Positions 19,612 to 28,797 are shown, counted from the first letter of the stretch. The stretch: 64,000 nucleotides of DNA from an uncultured Acidobacteriota bacterium (GCA_963764715.1 CAVXTP010000018.1:1-64000); one strand, 5' to 3'. Made by a program: numbers and translations. Notes: generated from the letters alone by a model not told the origin.

Positions 19612-20568
19612 ATGAAGGAGGTGTCCGCGGCCGTCGCTCCGATCGTGACGGTGACGGTGAACCCGTGCATCGACGAGAGCGCCGACGTCGATCGCGTCGT
19701 CCCGGACCGGAAGCTGCGCTGCGGCCCGCCGCGCTACGAGCCCGGCGGCGGCGGAATCAACGTGGCCCGCGCCGTGCGCCGGCTGGGAGGCGATGCGCTC
19801 GCGATCTATCCCGCGGGGGGAGCGGCGGGCGATCTGCTGTCGGCGCTCCTCGACCGCGAGGGCCTCGCGCACCGGCCGCTGAAGATCGCCGGATGGACGC
19901 GCGAAAACCTCAACGTCCGCGAGGAATCGACGGGGCACCAGTACCGGTTCGTCCTCCCCGGCCCGGAGTTGACCCTCGCCGAACGGGAGGCCCTCCTCGC
20001 GGAGGTCGCGGCCCTGCGGCCCTTCCCGGCGTACCTCGTCGCGAGCGGGAGCCTGCCGCCGGGCGTCCCGGCCGACTTCCTCGCGCGCCTGGCCCGGCTC
20101 GCCCGCGAGCGCGGCGCCCGGTTCGTGCTCGACGCCTCCGGCGAGGCGGCCCGGCGGGGCCTCGAGGAGGGCGTCTTCCTCGTCAAGCCGAGCCTGCGCG
20201 AGTTCCAGCACCTGGCGGGCCTTGCCGACGCGGAGGAGTCCCATCTGGTCGCGGAATGCGGGCGCTGGATCGGGTCGGGACGGTGCGAGGTCGTCGTTCT
20301 CTCGCTCGGCGCCGCCGGCGTCCTGTGGGTGACGGCGGATGCGAGCGAGCGTTTGCCGTCGCCGACCGTGCCCGTGCGGAGCACCGTCGGGGCCGGCGAC
20401 TCGATGCTCGCCGGGATCGTGTTGCGGCTCCAGCAGGGGGCGGGCCTCCGCGACGCCGTCCGTTTCGGGGTCGCGGCGGGCGCCGCCACGGTCATGAACC
20501 CGGGAACCGAGCTGTGCCGCCGGCCGGACGTCGAGCGACTTTACGCGCAGATGGCGGCGGCCGCCTGA
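19612..20568 (+). CDS. pfkB: PfkB-family hexose/phosphofructokinase
   Basis: TVNPCID, PGGGGINVAR, SGSLPPG, TVGAGDS. Confidence 0.88.
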   Translation: MKEVSAAVAPIVTVTVNPCIDESADVDRVVPDRKLRCGPPRYEPGGGGINVARAVRRLGGDALAIYPAGGAAGDLLSALLDREGLAHRPLKIAGWTRENLNVREESTGHQYRFVLPGPELTLAEREALLAEVAALRPFPAYLVASGSLPPGVPADFLARLARLARERGARFVLDASGEAARRGLEEGVFLVKPSLREFQHLAGLADAEESHLVAECGRWIGSGRCEVVVLSLGAAGVLWVTADASERLPSPTVPVRSTVGAGDSMLAGIVLRLQQGAGLRDAVRFGVAAGAATVMNPGTELCRRPDVERLYAQMAAAA

Positions 20569-20603
20569 GAAGGACCATTCAACGAGCGAAAGAGGAGGAT
20601 GCC

Positions 20604-21059
20604 ATGCGAGTCCAGGACATCATGACCCGGAAGGTCGAGACGATTGCGTCGACCGAACCGGTCGAGGCGGCCGTCGAACGGATGCGGCAGAAGAGGATCC
20701 GGCATCTCGTCGTGATGAAGAGCGCCCACCTCGTGGGGATCGTGTCCCAGAGCGATCTTCGGGAGTTCGGCGCGGGCGAGCGGCTCCGGGTGGAGGATGT
20801 CATGACGGCGCCGGCCATTTCCGCCTCGTCCGACATGACGATCCGCAAGGTCGCCAACCTCCTGCGGGGCCGCAGCATCGGCTGCCTGCCGGTCGTGGAC
20901 AACGGCGATCTGGTCGGGATCGTGACCACGACGGACCTGCTGGAGCGGATCGGCCGGGGCGCCGAGCGGCCGGTCGACAAGGGAAAGCGCTGGACGCTGA
21001 AGGGCCGGGGCCCGCGCCGCAAGAGCGTCGTCGGCCACAAGGGCTTCGCCGCCCACTGA
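20604..21059 (+). CDS. CBS-domain pair protein
   Basis: IRHLVVM..LVGIVSQSD; IGCLPVV..GIVTTTD; GAGGAG RBS. Confidence 0.88.
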   Translation: MRVQDIMTRKVETIASTEPVEAAVERMRQKRIRHLVVMKSAHLVGIVSQSDLREFGAGERLRVEDVMTAPAISASSDMTIRKVANLLRGRSIGCLPVVDNGDLVGIVTTTDLLERIGRGAERPVDKGKRWTLKGRGPRRKSVVGHKGFAAH

Positions 21060-21068
21060 GGCGGCACT

Positions 21069-21084
21069 TGATGCGATCGCATCA
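21069..21084. promoter_or_regulatory. Perfect TGATGC-N4-GCATCA palindrome upstream of a USP gene
   Basis: TGATGCGATCGCATCA. Confidence 0.82.
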
Positions 21085-21145
21085 GGCGGCTCCTCGATGC
21101 GGCTGTTATCAAGGTCAAGATGCCGTGGGGATGGAGGTACGACCG

Positions 21146-21553
21146 ATGAAGATCCTGGTGGCGACCGACGGCTCGCGCGCGGGCCTGGCGGCGGTGAAGT
21201 TCGCGGCGAAGCTCGCGGGGGGGGACCGGGGCAACCGAGTCGTGGTGCTGACCGTCGAATCAAACGGAAACTCGGGGGCCGGGACGCAGAAGGTCCTCGA
21301 GGCCGCCGCGCGGCAGATGGGCAAGGGCCGCGGCCAGAGCCGGTTCCAGGCGGTTGCGGCGCGCGGCGTCGAGGTCCCGGAAGTCATTTCGCGGGAGGCG
21401 GATCGGTGCCACGCGGACCTCGTCGTCGTCGGCAGCGAAGGCCGGGACTCGCTCGACGAGTGGGTGGTCGGGGGCACCGCCCTCCGGCTGATCTACGTCG
21501 CCCGACGGCCCGTGACGGTCGTGCGGGCGCCACGCAAACGCAAGGCCAGCTGA
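21146..21553 (+). CDS. Universal stress protein
   Basis: MKILVATDGS..DLVVVGSEG..RPVTVV. Confidence 0.88.
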   Translation: MKILVATDGSRAGLAAVKFAAKLAGGDRGNRVVVLTVESNGNSGAGTQKVLEAAARQMGKGRGQSRFQAVAARGVEVPEVISREADRCHADLVVVGSEGRDSLDEWVVGGTALRLIYVARRPVTVVRAPRKRKAS

Positions 21554-21609
21554 CCCGCGGCGGCTCCGGGAACGGTGCTAGGCTTAAGGCCTTCACCGAA
21601 AGCCGAGCC

Positions 21610-22266
21610 GTGCCACACTCATCTGAAGCCCTCGACCGGATCTCGCGCAGCGGGGAGGCCGTTTTCGCGATCGATTCGTCCGACCGGGTCATCCTCTGGA
21701 ACAAGAAGTGCGAGGAGCTTCTCGGCAAGCCCGCGCGCGCCGTGCTCGGGAAGCGCTGTTACGACGTCATGGGCGGCCGCGACGAGAACGGCAACGTCTA
21801 CTGCTACCGGAACTGCCCCGTCGCCTTCCAGGCCCGCGAGCGGCAGAAGGACCCGGTCCACCGGTTCCAGCTGACCGTCGACTCGGTCAACGGAGCCCGC
21901 AAGTCGGTCGACGTCTCGCTCTTCGCCATTCCGTCCTACCACCCGGCGCTCTCGACCCTCGTCCACGTTCTGCGGGAGGGAAAGAAGAAACCGACGGCGC
22001 TCGAGAAGGTGCTGGCGCAGGAGGCCGAGGTCCGCGAGCCGCTCTGGCCCATGGAGACGAAGACGGGCCAGCCGATCGATCTGACCTCGCGCGAGAAGGA
22101 GATCCTGCGCTGCCTCGCCGAGGGGCTTCCCACGAGCGCGATCGGCAAGAAGCTCTTCATCTCGCCGGTCACGGTCCGCAACCACATCCAGAACATCCTG
22201 CACAAGCTCGACGTCCACACCAAGCTCGCCGCGGTCGTCTTCGCCTACCAGCACAACCTGATCTGA
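21610..22266 (+). CDS. PAS-LuxR HTH one-component regulator (copy 1)
   Basis: PAS domain with C..CYDV..GRDENGNVYCYRNCP; LTSREKEIL..TVRNHIQNILHKL. Extended -10 TGCTAGGCT at 21576-21584. Confidence 0.9.
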   Translation: MPHSSEALDRISRSGEAVFAIDSSDRVILWNKKCEELLGKPARAVLGKRCYDVMGGRDENGNVYCYRNCPVAFQARERQKDPVHRFQLTVDSVNGARKSVDVSLFAIPSYHPALSTLVHVLREGKKKPTALEKVLAQEAEVREPLWPMETKTGQPIDLTSREKEILRCLAEGLPTSAIGKKLFISPVTVRNHIQNILHKLDVHTKLAAVVFAYQHNLI

Positions 22267-22315
22267 CGGCCCGGCCGGGCCCGGGGAACCCGAGCCCCAC
22301 CACGTCGTCCCCCGC

Positions 22316-22363
22316 TTACTGATTACTGATTACTGATTACTGATTACTGATTACTGATTACTG
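22316..22363. repeat. Heptamer tandem repeat (TTACTGA)x6 plus TTACTG
   Basis: Perfect AT-rich 7-mer array in a GC-rich intergenic region. Confidence 0.97.
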
Positions 22364-22415
22364 CCGTCTGCCCTCCCGCCGTCCCTCCTCCCGTCTGGTG
22401 CCGATGCATCAGAAA

Positions 22416-22431
22416 TGATGCAAACGCATCA
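22416..22431. promoter_or_regulatory. TGATGC-N4-GCATCA box upstream of PAS-LuxR copy 2
   Basis: TGATGCAAACGCATCA, with an extra GATGCATCA half-site just upstream; candidate -10 CACGAT at 22455-22460. Confidence 0.82.
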
Positions 22432-22484
22432 TCAGGCTTCCGGACGCCCGGAACCACGATGAAACCGCCCCTGAAGGAGGTTCC

Positions 22485-23135
22485 ATGGAAGCCTTCGACG
22501 AAACGCTCGATCGCATCGCACGCAGCGGAGAGGCGGTGTTCGCGGTCGATGGAGCCAATCGCATCATCCTCTGGAACAAGGCCTGCGAGAACCTCGTCGG
22601 CCGGCCCGCGCGCCACGCGCTCGGCAAGCGCTGCTTTGAGGTGGTCGGCGGCCGCGACTCCAACGGCAACGTCTACTGTCATGCGAGCTGTCCCGTCGCG
22701 CACCAGGCCCGCGATCTCCGGAACGACCCGGTCCGGCGGTTCGAGCTCGACGTCGCCTCCGGCGACGGTGGCCGGCGCCGCCTGTCCACGTCCATGTTCG
22801 CGGTCCCGTCCTATCACCCGGCGCTGACGACGCTCGTGCACGTGCTGCGCCCCGCCGAGGGTCCCTCGGCCGCTCCGGCGCCTTCGGCCGGCGAACGGGA
22901 GCCGCTCGCGCCTCTGACCGCGCAGGGGGACGCGGTTGCCCTGACGCACCGCGAAAAGGAGATCCTGGGCTGCCTCGCGAGCGGCCAGACGACCGTGGCG
23001 ATCGCGAAGGCGCTCTCGATCGCGCGCGTCACGGTGCGCAATCACGTGCAGAGCATCCTCCAGAAGCTCAACGTTCACTCGAAGCTCGAGGCCGTCGTGG
23101 CCGCGCGTCGGGGCGGGCTGCTCCCGACCTGTTGA
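22485..23135 (+). CDS. PAS-LuxR HTH one-component regulator (copy 2)
   Basis: Paralog of 21610 with the same Cys pattern (C..CFEV..GRDSNGNVYCHASCP); LTHREKEIL..TVRNHVQSILQKL; AAGGAGG RBS. Confidence 0.9.
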   Translation: MEAFDETLDRIARSGEAVFAVDGANRIILWNKACENLVGRPARHALGKRCFEVVGGRDSNGNVYCHASCPVAHQARDLRNDPVRRFELDVASGDGGRRRLSTSMFAVPSYHPALTTLVHVLRPAEGPSAAPAPSAGEREPLAPLTAQGDAVALTHREKEILGCLASGQTTVAIAKALSIARVTVRNHVQSILQKLNVHSKLEAVVAARRGGLLPTC

Positions 23136-23148
23136 TGCGCCTGCATCT
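23133..23148. promoter_or_regulatory. TGATGC-N4-GCATCA box upstream of a small Cys-rich ORF
   Basis: TGATGCGCCTGCATCT, overlapping the stop codon of PAS-LuxR copy 2. Confidence 0.7.
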
Positions 23149-23183
23149 GGCGCCGGCCGTCCCGGCGTGGGAGCGTCGGAGCC

Positions 23184-23408
23184 GTGATCCTCTGCCAGCA
23201 CTGCTGGCTCGCCCGCCGCGGCCTCTGCGAGGCGACCTGCCGCCCCCAGTCCCCCGTCCGGATCTACTGCCTGCAATGCGGCCTCCCGTTGGATGCCGCG
23301 CGGCGGGCGGCGGGCCGGGCCGACTGGTGGGTCTGCGAGCGCGGGTGCAACCGGAACGCCGCCGAGGCGATCGCCGACCGAACCGAACCGGGCCCGCGCT
23401 CGCCCTGA
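23184..23408 (+). CDS. Small 8-Cys putative metal-binding protein
   Basis: CQHC..CEATC..CLQC..CERGC. Fills the gap between genes; GTG lies 43.5 bp from the box centre. Confidence 0.6.
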   Translation: MILCQHCWLARRGLCEATCRPQSPVRIYCLQCGLPLDAARRAAGRADWWVCERGCNRNAAEAIADRTEPGPRSP

Positions 23409-23433
23409 GAGCGTCGAGCCGGAGAAAGCCGTC

Positions 23434-23874
23434 ATGAGCCGCATTCGCAGCGTCTTCTTCGCCACCGATTTTTCGCCCGCGTCGCGTCCCGCCTTCCGCC
23501 GTGCCGTCGACCTTGCGGCCGCCAGCCGGGCGACGCTCTGGATCGCCCACGTCATCCCCGTGGCTCCCGCCCACTTTGACGGCGGAGTCCTTCCCCGCAT
23601 ATACCGGGAAATGGATGCCTTCGTCCGGAAGGACGCGGAAAAAAGGCTGCGCGCGCTGGTCGAGGCCGCTCGGCGCGCGGGCGCCCGGGCCCGGTCCCTC
23701 GTCCTCCGCGGTGTGCCGCACGAGGCGATCCGGCGGGCGGCCCGCGGGCGCCGGGCCGACCTCATCGTGCTGGGGACGCACGGACGGACCGGGATCACCC
23801 GGTTTGTCGTCGGGAGCGTCGCTTCCCGCGTTGTCGCGACGGCGCCCTGTCCGGTCCTGACCGTCAAGGCCTGA
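23434..23874 (+). CDS. Universal stress protein (close paralog of 9408)
   Basis: ATDFSPASRPAFRRAV..GTHGRTG..GSVASRVVAT. Confidence 0.9.
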   Translation: MSRIRSVFFATDFSPASRPAFRRAVDLAAASRATLWIAHVIPVAPAHFDGGVLPRIYREMDAFVRKDAEKRLRALVEAARRAGARARSLVLRGVPHEAIRRAARGRRADLIVLGTHGRTGITRFVVGSVASRVVATAPCPVLTVKA

Positions 23875-23895
23875 GAGGTCCGGCCGCCGGCCGGA

Positions 23896-25131
23896 TCAGG
23901 CGAGAAGGAGAGCGGCCCAGGCGGCGCCGATGACCGCGACGAGCCCGGGGATGACCTCGAGGGCGTAGGACCGGTCCCGGGAGAGCACGGCGAGCACGAC
24001 CTTCGTGACCGTGTTCGTCGTGAGGCCTGCAAGGATCGGGAGGACCGCTTCCGGCGCCGCGACCTTCCCCGCCGCGACGAGCGAGGCGGCCGCGATCGCG
24101 GCGGCGTGCGCGTCGGCGAATCCGGCCACGGCCGTCGCGAGGAGGAGGCCGCGGTCGCCGAGCCACTGGTGGATCCCCGCGGAGGCGAGCGTCGCGAGCG
24201 AGACAGCCGCGGCGAAGACGACGGCGATCGGCAGCCGGAAAGCGCGGCCCTTCGCCTTCTCCCCGCCGGACCGGCTTCGCGCGCCGCGGAAGGCGAAAAC
24301 GAGCGCATAGGCGACCGCCGCGGCGCCCGAGAAGAGGAGCGGCCAGCGCATGGCGGAGAGCGTCGGGCGGCTCGTCGCCGCGAGGAGAGCCGTGAGCTGC
24401 ACGACGGTCGCGACGGTCGAGAGAACTGCCCCGGCGACGGCGGCCGGGCGCACCGCGGCGTTCTCCCGCGCGCGGGCGCCCATCGCGGCGATCGTCGCGG
24501 AGCTCGAGACGAAGCCCGAGACGAAGCCCGACACCGAGAGCCCGATGCCCGGACCGAGCGCGCGCAGGGCGATGTAGCCGCTGCCGGAGATCGCCATGAA
24601 GATGACGGCGAGGCGCCAGAGGGTGCGCGGGTTCAGGACCCCGAGCGGGCCGATCGCCCGGTCCGGCGTCAGCGGCAGGATCACGAGGGCCGCCGCGCCG
24701 AAGATGATCGCGTCGTGGAGCTCCTGTTCCGTGAGGACGCGCCGGACGAACCGGTGGAGGCGCGAGCGCGACGCGAGGAGCGCCACCACGCCGACCGCGA
24801 GGCCCGAGGCGAGCCCCGGCTCGCGCACGGCGAGGGCCCCGAGGAGGACGGTCGTGACGAGGGCCACCTCGGTCGTCAGGCCGGGGTCCCGGCCCCGCGA
24901 GCGGCCGTACCCGACCGCGACGAGCGCGCCGATGACGAGGGCGGTCGCGACGAGGACGGCCTCTCCGCCGAAGGCGAGGCTCAGGCCTCCCGCGAGCGAC
25001 GCGAGCGCGAAGGTCCGGATTCCCGCGGGCGCGCGGTCGGAGCCCTCTCCCTTGCGCCGCTCCCGCTCGACCCCGATCAGCAGGCCGATGCCGAGGGAGA
25101 TCGCGAGACGCAGCGCCAGGGACTCGGTCAA
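23896..25131 (-). CDS. MgtC/SapB-DUF4010 membrane protein
   Basis: GLLIGVERE, AGIRTFAL, GLTTEVA, SSSAT. Confidence 0.85.
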   Translation of the reverse strand: MTESLALRLAISLGIGLLIGVERERRKGEGSDRAPAGIRTFALASLAGGLSLAFGGEAVLVATALVIGALVAVGYGRSRGRDPGLTTEVALVTTVLLGALAVREPGLASGLAVGVVALLASRSRLHRFVRRVLTEQELHDAIIFGAAALVILPLTPDRAIGPLGVLNPRTLWRLAVIFMAISGSGYIALRALGPGIGLSVSGFVSGFVSSSATIAAMGARARENAAVRPAAVAGAVLSTVATVVQLTALLAATSRPTLSAMRWPLLFSGAAAVAYALVFAFRGARSRSGGEKAKGRAFRLPIAVVFAAAVSLATLASAGIHQWLGDRGLLLATAVAGFADAHAAAIAAASLVAAGKVAAPEAVLPILAGLTTNTVTKVVLAVLSRDRSYALEVIPGLVAVIGAAWAALLLA

Positions 25132-25158
25132 GTCCCGGCTTTCGGCGGCCGCGGCGCT

Positions 25159-25878
25159 TCAGGGATGGCCATACACCGGGATGGCCGCGCCGTGGACGAC
25201 GCGAGCCTCGTCGCTGCAGAGAAAGAGGATGACGCGGGCGATGTCCTCGGGCTTCGGCCAGCGGGCGAAGTCCGCCTTCGGCATGGCCTTCCGGTTCGCC
25301 TCGGTGTCGATGATGCTCGGAAGGACCGAGTTGACACGGACGGCGGTCCCGGCGAGGTCCGCGGCGAGCGAGCTCATCATCGCCACCGCCGCCGCCTTGG
25401 ACGCGGCATAGGCCGCCTGGCCCGCCGCGGGCTCGAGGGCCGCACGCGACGCCACGTTGACGATCGCGCCCTGCCCCTGCCGCAGCATCGCCGGCACCGC
25501 GGCGCGGGTGAGCGCATGGCCCGAGCGCAGGTTGAGGTCGAGCATCCGGTCGAGGACCTTCTCGTCGCTCTCCCAGAGCTTCGATCCGCCCGCGAAGCCG
25601 CCGACCGCGTTGACGAGAAGGTCGAGGCGGCCGAGACTCGCGAAGACGCCGCCGACGAGCGTTTGGGCGGCGGCCTCGTCGGTGACGTCGGTCCGCTCCG
25701 CGTGGAGGCGGGAGAGGTTCTCTCCGGAGTCCTTCCGGAGCCGCTCGAGCTCGTCGTCCGAGCGGTACGTGACGACGACGTCGGCGCCCTCGCCGAGCAG
25801 CGCGAGGCTCACCGCGCGGCCGAGCCCTCCGGTTCCTCCGGCGACGAGCGCGACCCGGCCGCGGAACCGGCCGGTCAT
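25159..25878 (-). CDS. Short-chain dehydrogenase/reductase
   Basis: AGGTGGLG, YAASK, LPSIIDT. Confidence 0.88.
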   Translation of the reverse strand: MTGRFRGRVALVAGGTGGLGRAVSLALLGEGADVVVTYRSDDELERLRKDSGENLSRLHAERTDVTDEAAAQTLVGGVFASLGRLDLLVNAVGGFAGGSKLWESDEKVLDRMLDLNLRSGHALTRAAVPAMLRQGQGAIVNVASRAALEPAAGQAAYAASKAAAVAMMSSLAADLAGTAVRVNSVLPSIIDTEANRKAMPKADFARWPKPEDIARVILFLCSDEARVVHGAAIPVYGHP

Positions 25879-26807
25879 CGCCGGGCGGCCTCCCGCCGAC
25901 GTTCGAGGTCGGCGCGCGGCCAGCCCGCGAGGTCCGCAGCCACCTCGTAAGTGCTCGTCAGGAACGCCGCCAGCTCCGCCCCGGGGGAGGCCGCCCGGCG
26001 GACGGCCTCGTACGGCAGGATGAACTCGGAAAGCGCAGCGGAGTAGAAGGCGGCGGTCGGCCGGACCGGCGCCGCCTTCAGTCCCGCCGGCTCGGGCGCG
26101 GCATACGCGTAGAACGCCGGCTCGGCGACCGGCCCACCGACGCTTCCGGGCCAGAACCCGTGGCTGATGACCTCGTGCGAGTAGGCCTCCCGCGTGATCG
26201 GGTCGGCCCCGGGCCGCTCCGGCGCGCGGCGGCCCGAGAAGCGGGTCACGGCGAGATCGAAGCTTCCCCAGAAGAAGTGGACCGGGCTGCACTTTCCGAG
26301 GAACTCCCCGCGGAACGTGTCGAAGACGGGCTTCATGGCGACCAGAGCGCGCCAGAAAGCGCCGGCCGCCGCCCGGTCGTAGGACCGGTGCACCGTGTCC
26401 GTCTCGAACCGGATCGGCTCCGGGACCTCGACCGGTTGCGTCCAGATGCGGGCTTCGACTCCGAGCCGGTCGAGCGCCTCCATGACGAGCCGGTGGAACT
26501 CGGCGACCGTGCGGGGCTCGAGCGCGATCCTCGCCGTGCCGCCGTCGGAGCAGCGCAGGACGAGCTCGTGGTCGACGAAGTCGAAGACGATCGTCAGGGC
26601 CCCGTTCCCGTGGGAGAGCGAGGGCGTCGCGAGGCCCCGCGCCGTCACCTGGAAGGCGATGTTCCAGTAGTGATTGACGAGCGGGGTCAGGGCGAGGCAG
26701 ACCTTCCCCACGACCTGGGTCCACATGTGGAGCGTCGCGAGGGTTTCCTTCCAGGGCTCGAGGGGCAGCGGGGGCCAGGGCTCGCCGGCCGAAGACGTCA
26801 CGGGCAT
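25875..26807 (-). CDS. DUF5996-family protein
   Basis: TLHMWTQVVGK, SPVHFFWGSFDLAVTRFSGR, EAYSHEVISHGFWPG. Confidence 0.8.
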   Translation of the reverse strand: MPVTSSAGEPWPPLPLEPWKETLATLHMWTQVVGKVCLALTPLVNHYWNIAFQVTARGLATPSLSHGNGALTIVFDFVDHELVLRCSDGGTARIALEPRTVAEFHRLVMEALDRLGVEARIWTQPVEVPEPIRFETDTVHRSYDRAAAGAFWRALVAMKPVFDTFRGEFLGKCSPVHFFWGSFDLAVTRFSGRRAPERPGADPITREAYSHEVISHGFWPGSVGGPVAEPAFYAYAAPEPAGLKAAPVRPTAAFYSAALSEFILPYEAVRRAASPGAELAAFLTSTYEVAADLAGWPRADLERRREAARR

Positions 26808-26883
26808 GCGTGGTGTCCGATCATGCTAGAGGTCGCCGATCGCCCGTGAGAGTACTCCATGAAGAGAGATGTAGAGTTTCGCT

Positions 26884-27357
26884 ATGGCCAGATCGCAGCC
26901 GAAAAAGAAGAAAGCCCCCGCCCGGCGGGCGAAAGCCGCGTCCCGACGCAAGCCGCCGAAGAAGCGGGCCGTCCGGCGGCGGCCCGCGCGACGCGCGAAG
27001 CCGAAACGCGCGAAGGCCGCTCCTTCGCGGAAGAAGAGAGCCGCCGCCCCGAAAATGATGAAACGGCCGGGCGCGGCGCGCGGTCTCGGTGGTTCGGCGA
27101 GCTCGGGGCTTTCCGAGCCGCTCGACGCACGCGGTCTGGGACCGGAGGCGGGCGGCCAGTCCGGCGACACCGAAGGCCTCTCGCGAGCCGAGCTCGCCGA
27201 CTCCGAGAGCGTCGAGGAGCTCGTGGAGGAAGGCCAGGCCTTCGAAGCCGGGATTATCGAAGGGGTCGAGAACGCCCCCGACGCGGACCGGGGAGAAGTG
27301 CGGACGCGGGAGGTCCCGGAGGACGACGTTCCGCAGGAGTATCTGGACGAAGACTAG
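26884..27357 (+). CDS. Hypothetical protein: histone-like basic N-terminus, acidic C-terminus
   Basis: K/R/A-rich N-half; GGQSGDTEGLS..DSESVEELVEEGQAFEA. Confidence 0.7.
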   Translation: MARSQPKKKKAPARRAKAASRRKPPKKRAVRRRPARRAKPKRAKAAPSRKKRAAAPKMMKRPGAARGLGGSASSGLSEPLDARGLGPEAGGQSGDTEGLSRAELADSESVEELVEEGQAFEAGIIEGVENAPDADRGEVRTREVPEDDVPQEYLDED

Positions 27358-27372
27358 CGCGCGGCCCGCGGC

Positions 27373-28797
27373 TCAGACGCCAGTCGGGTAGGTCTCCGGC
27401 ACTTCGCCCCGGGTCCAGATCGCGCCCATCTCGAGGGGCTCGACCGCCCGCGTGTGGTCGATGTGGATGAGGCCGTCGAACTGCGCCGGCAGCGACGCGT
27501 GGAAGTAGTGGCTCGCCCGCTCCGACTCCGGCAGGTAGACGACGCCGATCGCGCGCTCGAGCCGCGGGTCGTGCAGGGCGCCCACGGGGTCCTCGGGCCC
27601 GAGCGGGAGGAAGAACCGCGGTAGCTCGACGCGGTGGAACCGCGCCTCGTAGCTCCCCTCGAGCGCGGGACGGACGACCCGGCGCTGCGCGGGGCCGTGC
27701 CACTCGCTGGCGGCCGTGACCGTCCCGTCGTAGGTGGAGAACCCCAAAAGGTAGGCCTGGGACTTGTGCCGCTCGCGCACGAGCTGGCCGACGTTCCACT
27801 CGCCCTGGAGGCCCATCTCCGTCGCCCGCGCGTCGCCGAGGTGCGAGTTGTGCGCCCACACCACGATCCGGGCCGGCCGGCGGTCCGACGAAAGGTGGGC
27901 GCGGAGGGCCTCCAGGGTCTCGACCATGTGCCGGTCGCGGAGGTTCCAGGAGAGCACGGACCCGCGGAACATTCCGCGGTAGTACTCCTCGGCGTTCCGG
28001 ACCAGGCGGGCGTTCTGTTCCGCGAAGAAGAAGTCGTCCTCGGCCTTCGCGCCGTCGTGCGACAGGTATTCCGCCGCGGACCGGCGAAGCTCGATGAGCT
28101 GCCCGACGGCCTCGTCCTCGCAGGAGCGGCGCAGCCCGAGCTCCGCGGCGTATCCATAGTCCTGCGCGTCCGCGTGGTCGAAGCACGAGTAGCGGCGGCG
28201 CGCGCGCTTCGCCGCCTCGGGGTTCACCGTCGCGAGGTAGGAGACGACGGCCTCCATGGACGCGTGGAGGCTGTAGAGATCGAGACCGTAGAAACCGACC
28301 TTGCGGCCTTTCGGCCCGGCGGCGTCGTTGTGCGCCCGGAGCCAGCCCACGAAGTCGAGGACGTCGGCGTTGCGCCACATCCAGGTCGGAAAACGCTCGA
28401 ACCCGCGCAGCGACTCTTCCGCGTCGCCGTCCGCCGAGACGCCCCGCACGTAGCGGTTGACGCGGTAGGCGTCGGGCCAGTCCGCCTCGACGGCGACCGC
28501 GTCGAAGCCCTTCTCGACGATCAGCCGCTTCGTCAGGACGGCGCGCTCGCGGTAGAACTCGTGCGTCCCGTGCGAGGCCTCGCCGATGAGGACGAGCGGA
28601 CGCTCGCCGATGCGTTCGAGGAGGAGGTCGTAGTCGTCGAGTGCGCCGGTCAGGGGCCGGAGGGTCCGGCGCCACGTTTCCGGGGTCGAGAGCTCCTCCG
28701 AGAATCCGCCCGGTTCGGGATACTCCGCCGGATCGATGGGATTCGGGTGCGAACAGCGCGTGAAACCCGGGTCGGCGGCGGTCGCTCCAGAGAACAT
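27373..28797 (-). CDS. Erythromycin esterase-family protein
   Basis: IGEASHGTHEFY, EADWPD, FPTWMWRN, WAHNSHLGDARAT, ERAIGVVY. Confidence 0.9.
   Translation of the reverse strand: MFSGATAADPGFTRCSHPNPIDPAEYPEPGGFSEELSTPETWRRTLRPLTGALDDYDLLLERIGERPLVLIGEASHGTHEFYRERAVLTKRLIVEKGFDAVAVEADWPDAYRVNRYVRGVSADGDAEESLRGFERFPTWMWRNADVLDFVGWLRAHNDAAGPKGRKVGFYGLDLYSLHASMEAVVSYLATVNPEAAKRARRRYSCFDHADAQDYGYAAELGLRRSCEDEAVGQLIELRRSAAEYLSHDGAKAEDDFFFAEQNARLVRNAEEYYRGMFRGSVLSWNLRDRHMVETLEALRAHLSSDRRPARIVVWAHNSHLGDARATEMGLQGEWNVGQLVRERHKSQAYLLGFSTYDGTVTAASEWHGPAQRRVVRPALEGSYEARFHRVELPRFFLPLGPEDPVGALHDPRLERAIGVVYLPESERASHYFHASLPAQFDGLIHIDHTRAVEPLEMGAIWTRGEVPETYPTGV

Noticed and set aside
22316-22363. CRISPR array
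   Set aside because: No spacers and no cas genes; a simple 7-mer repeat.
27373-28797. Macrolide resistance determinant
   Set aside because: The family is broad and the context is stress/hypoxia genes; the sequence gives no evidence of substrate.
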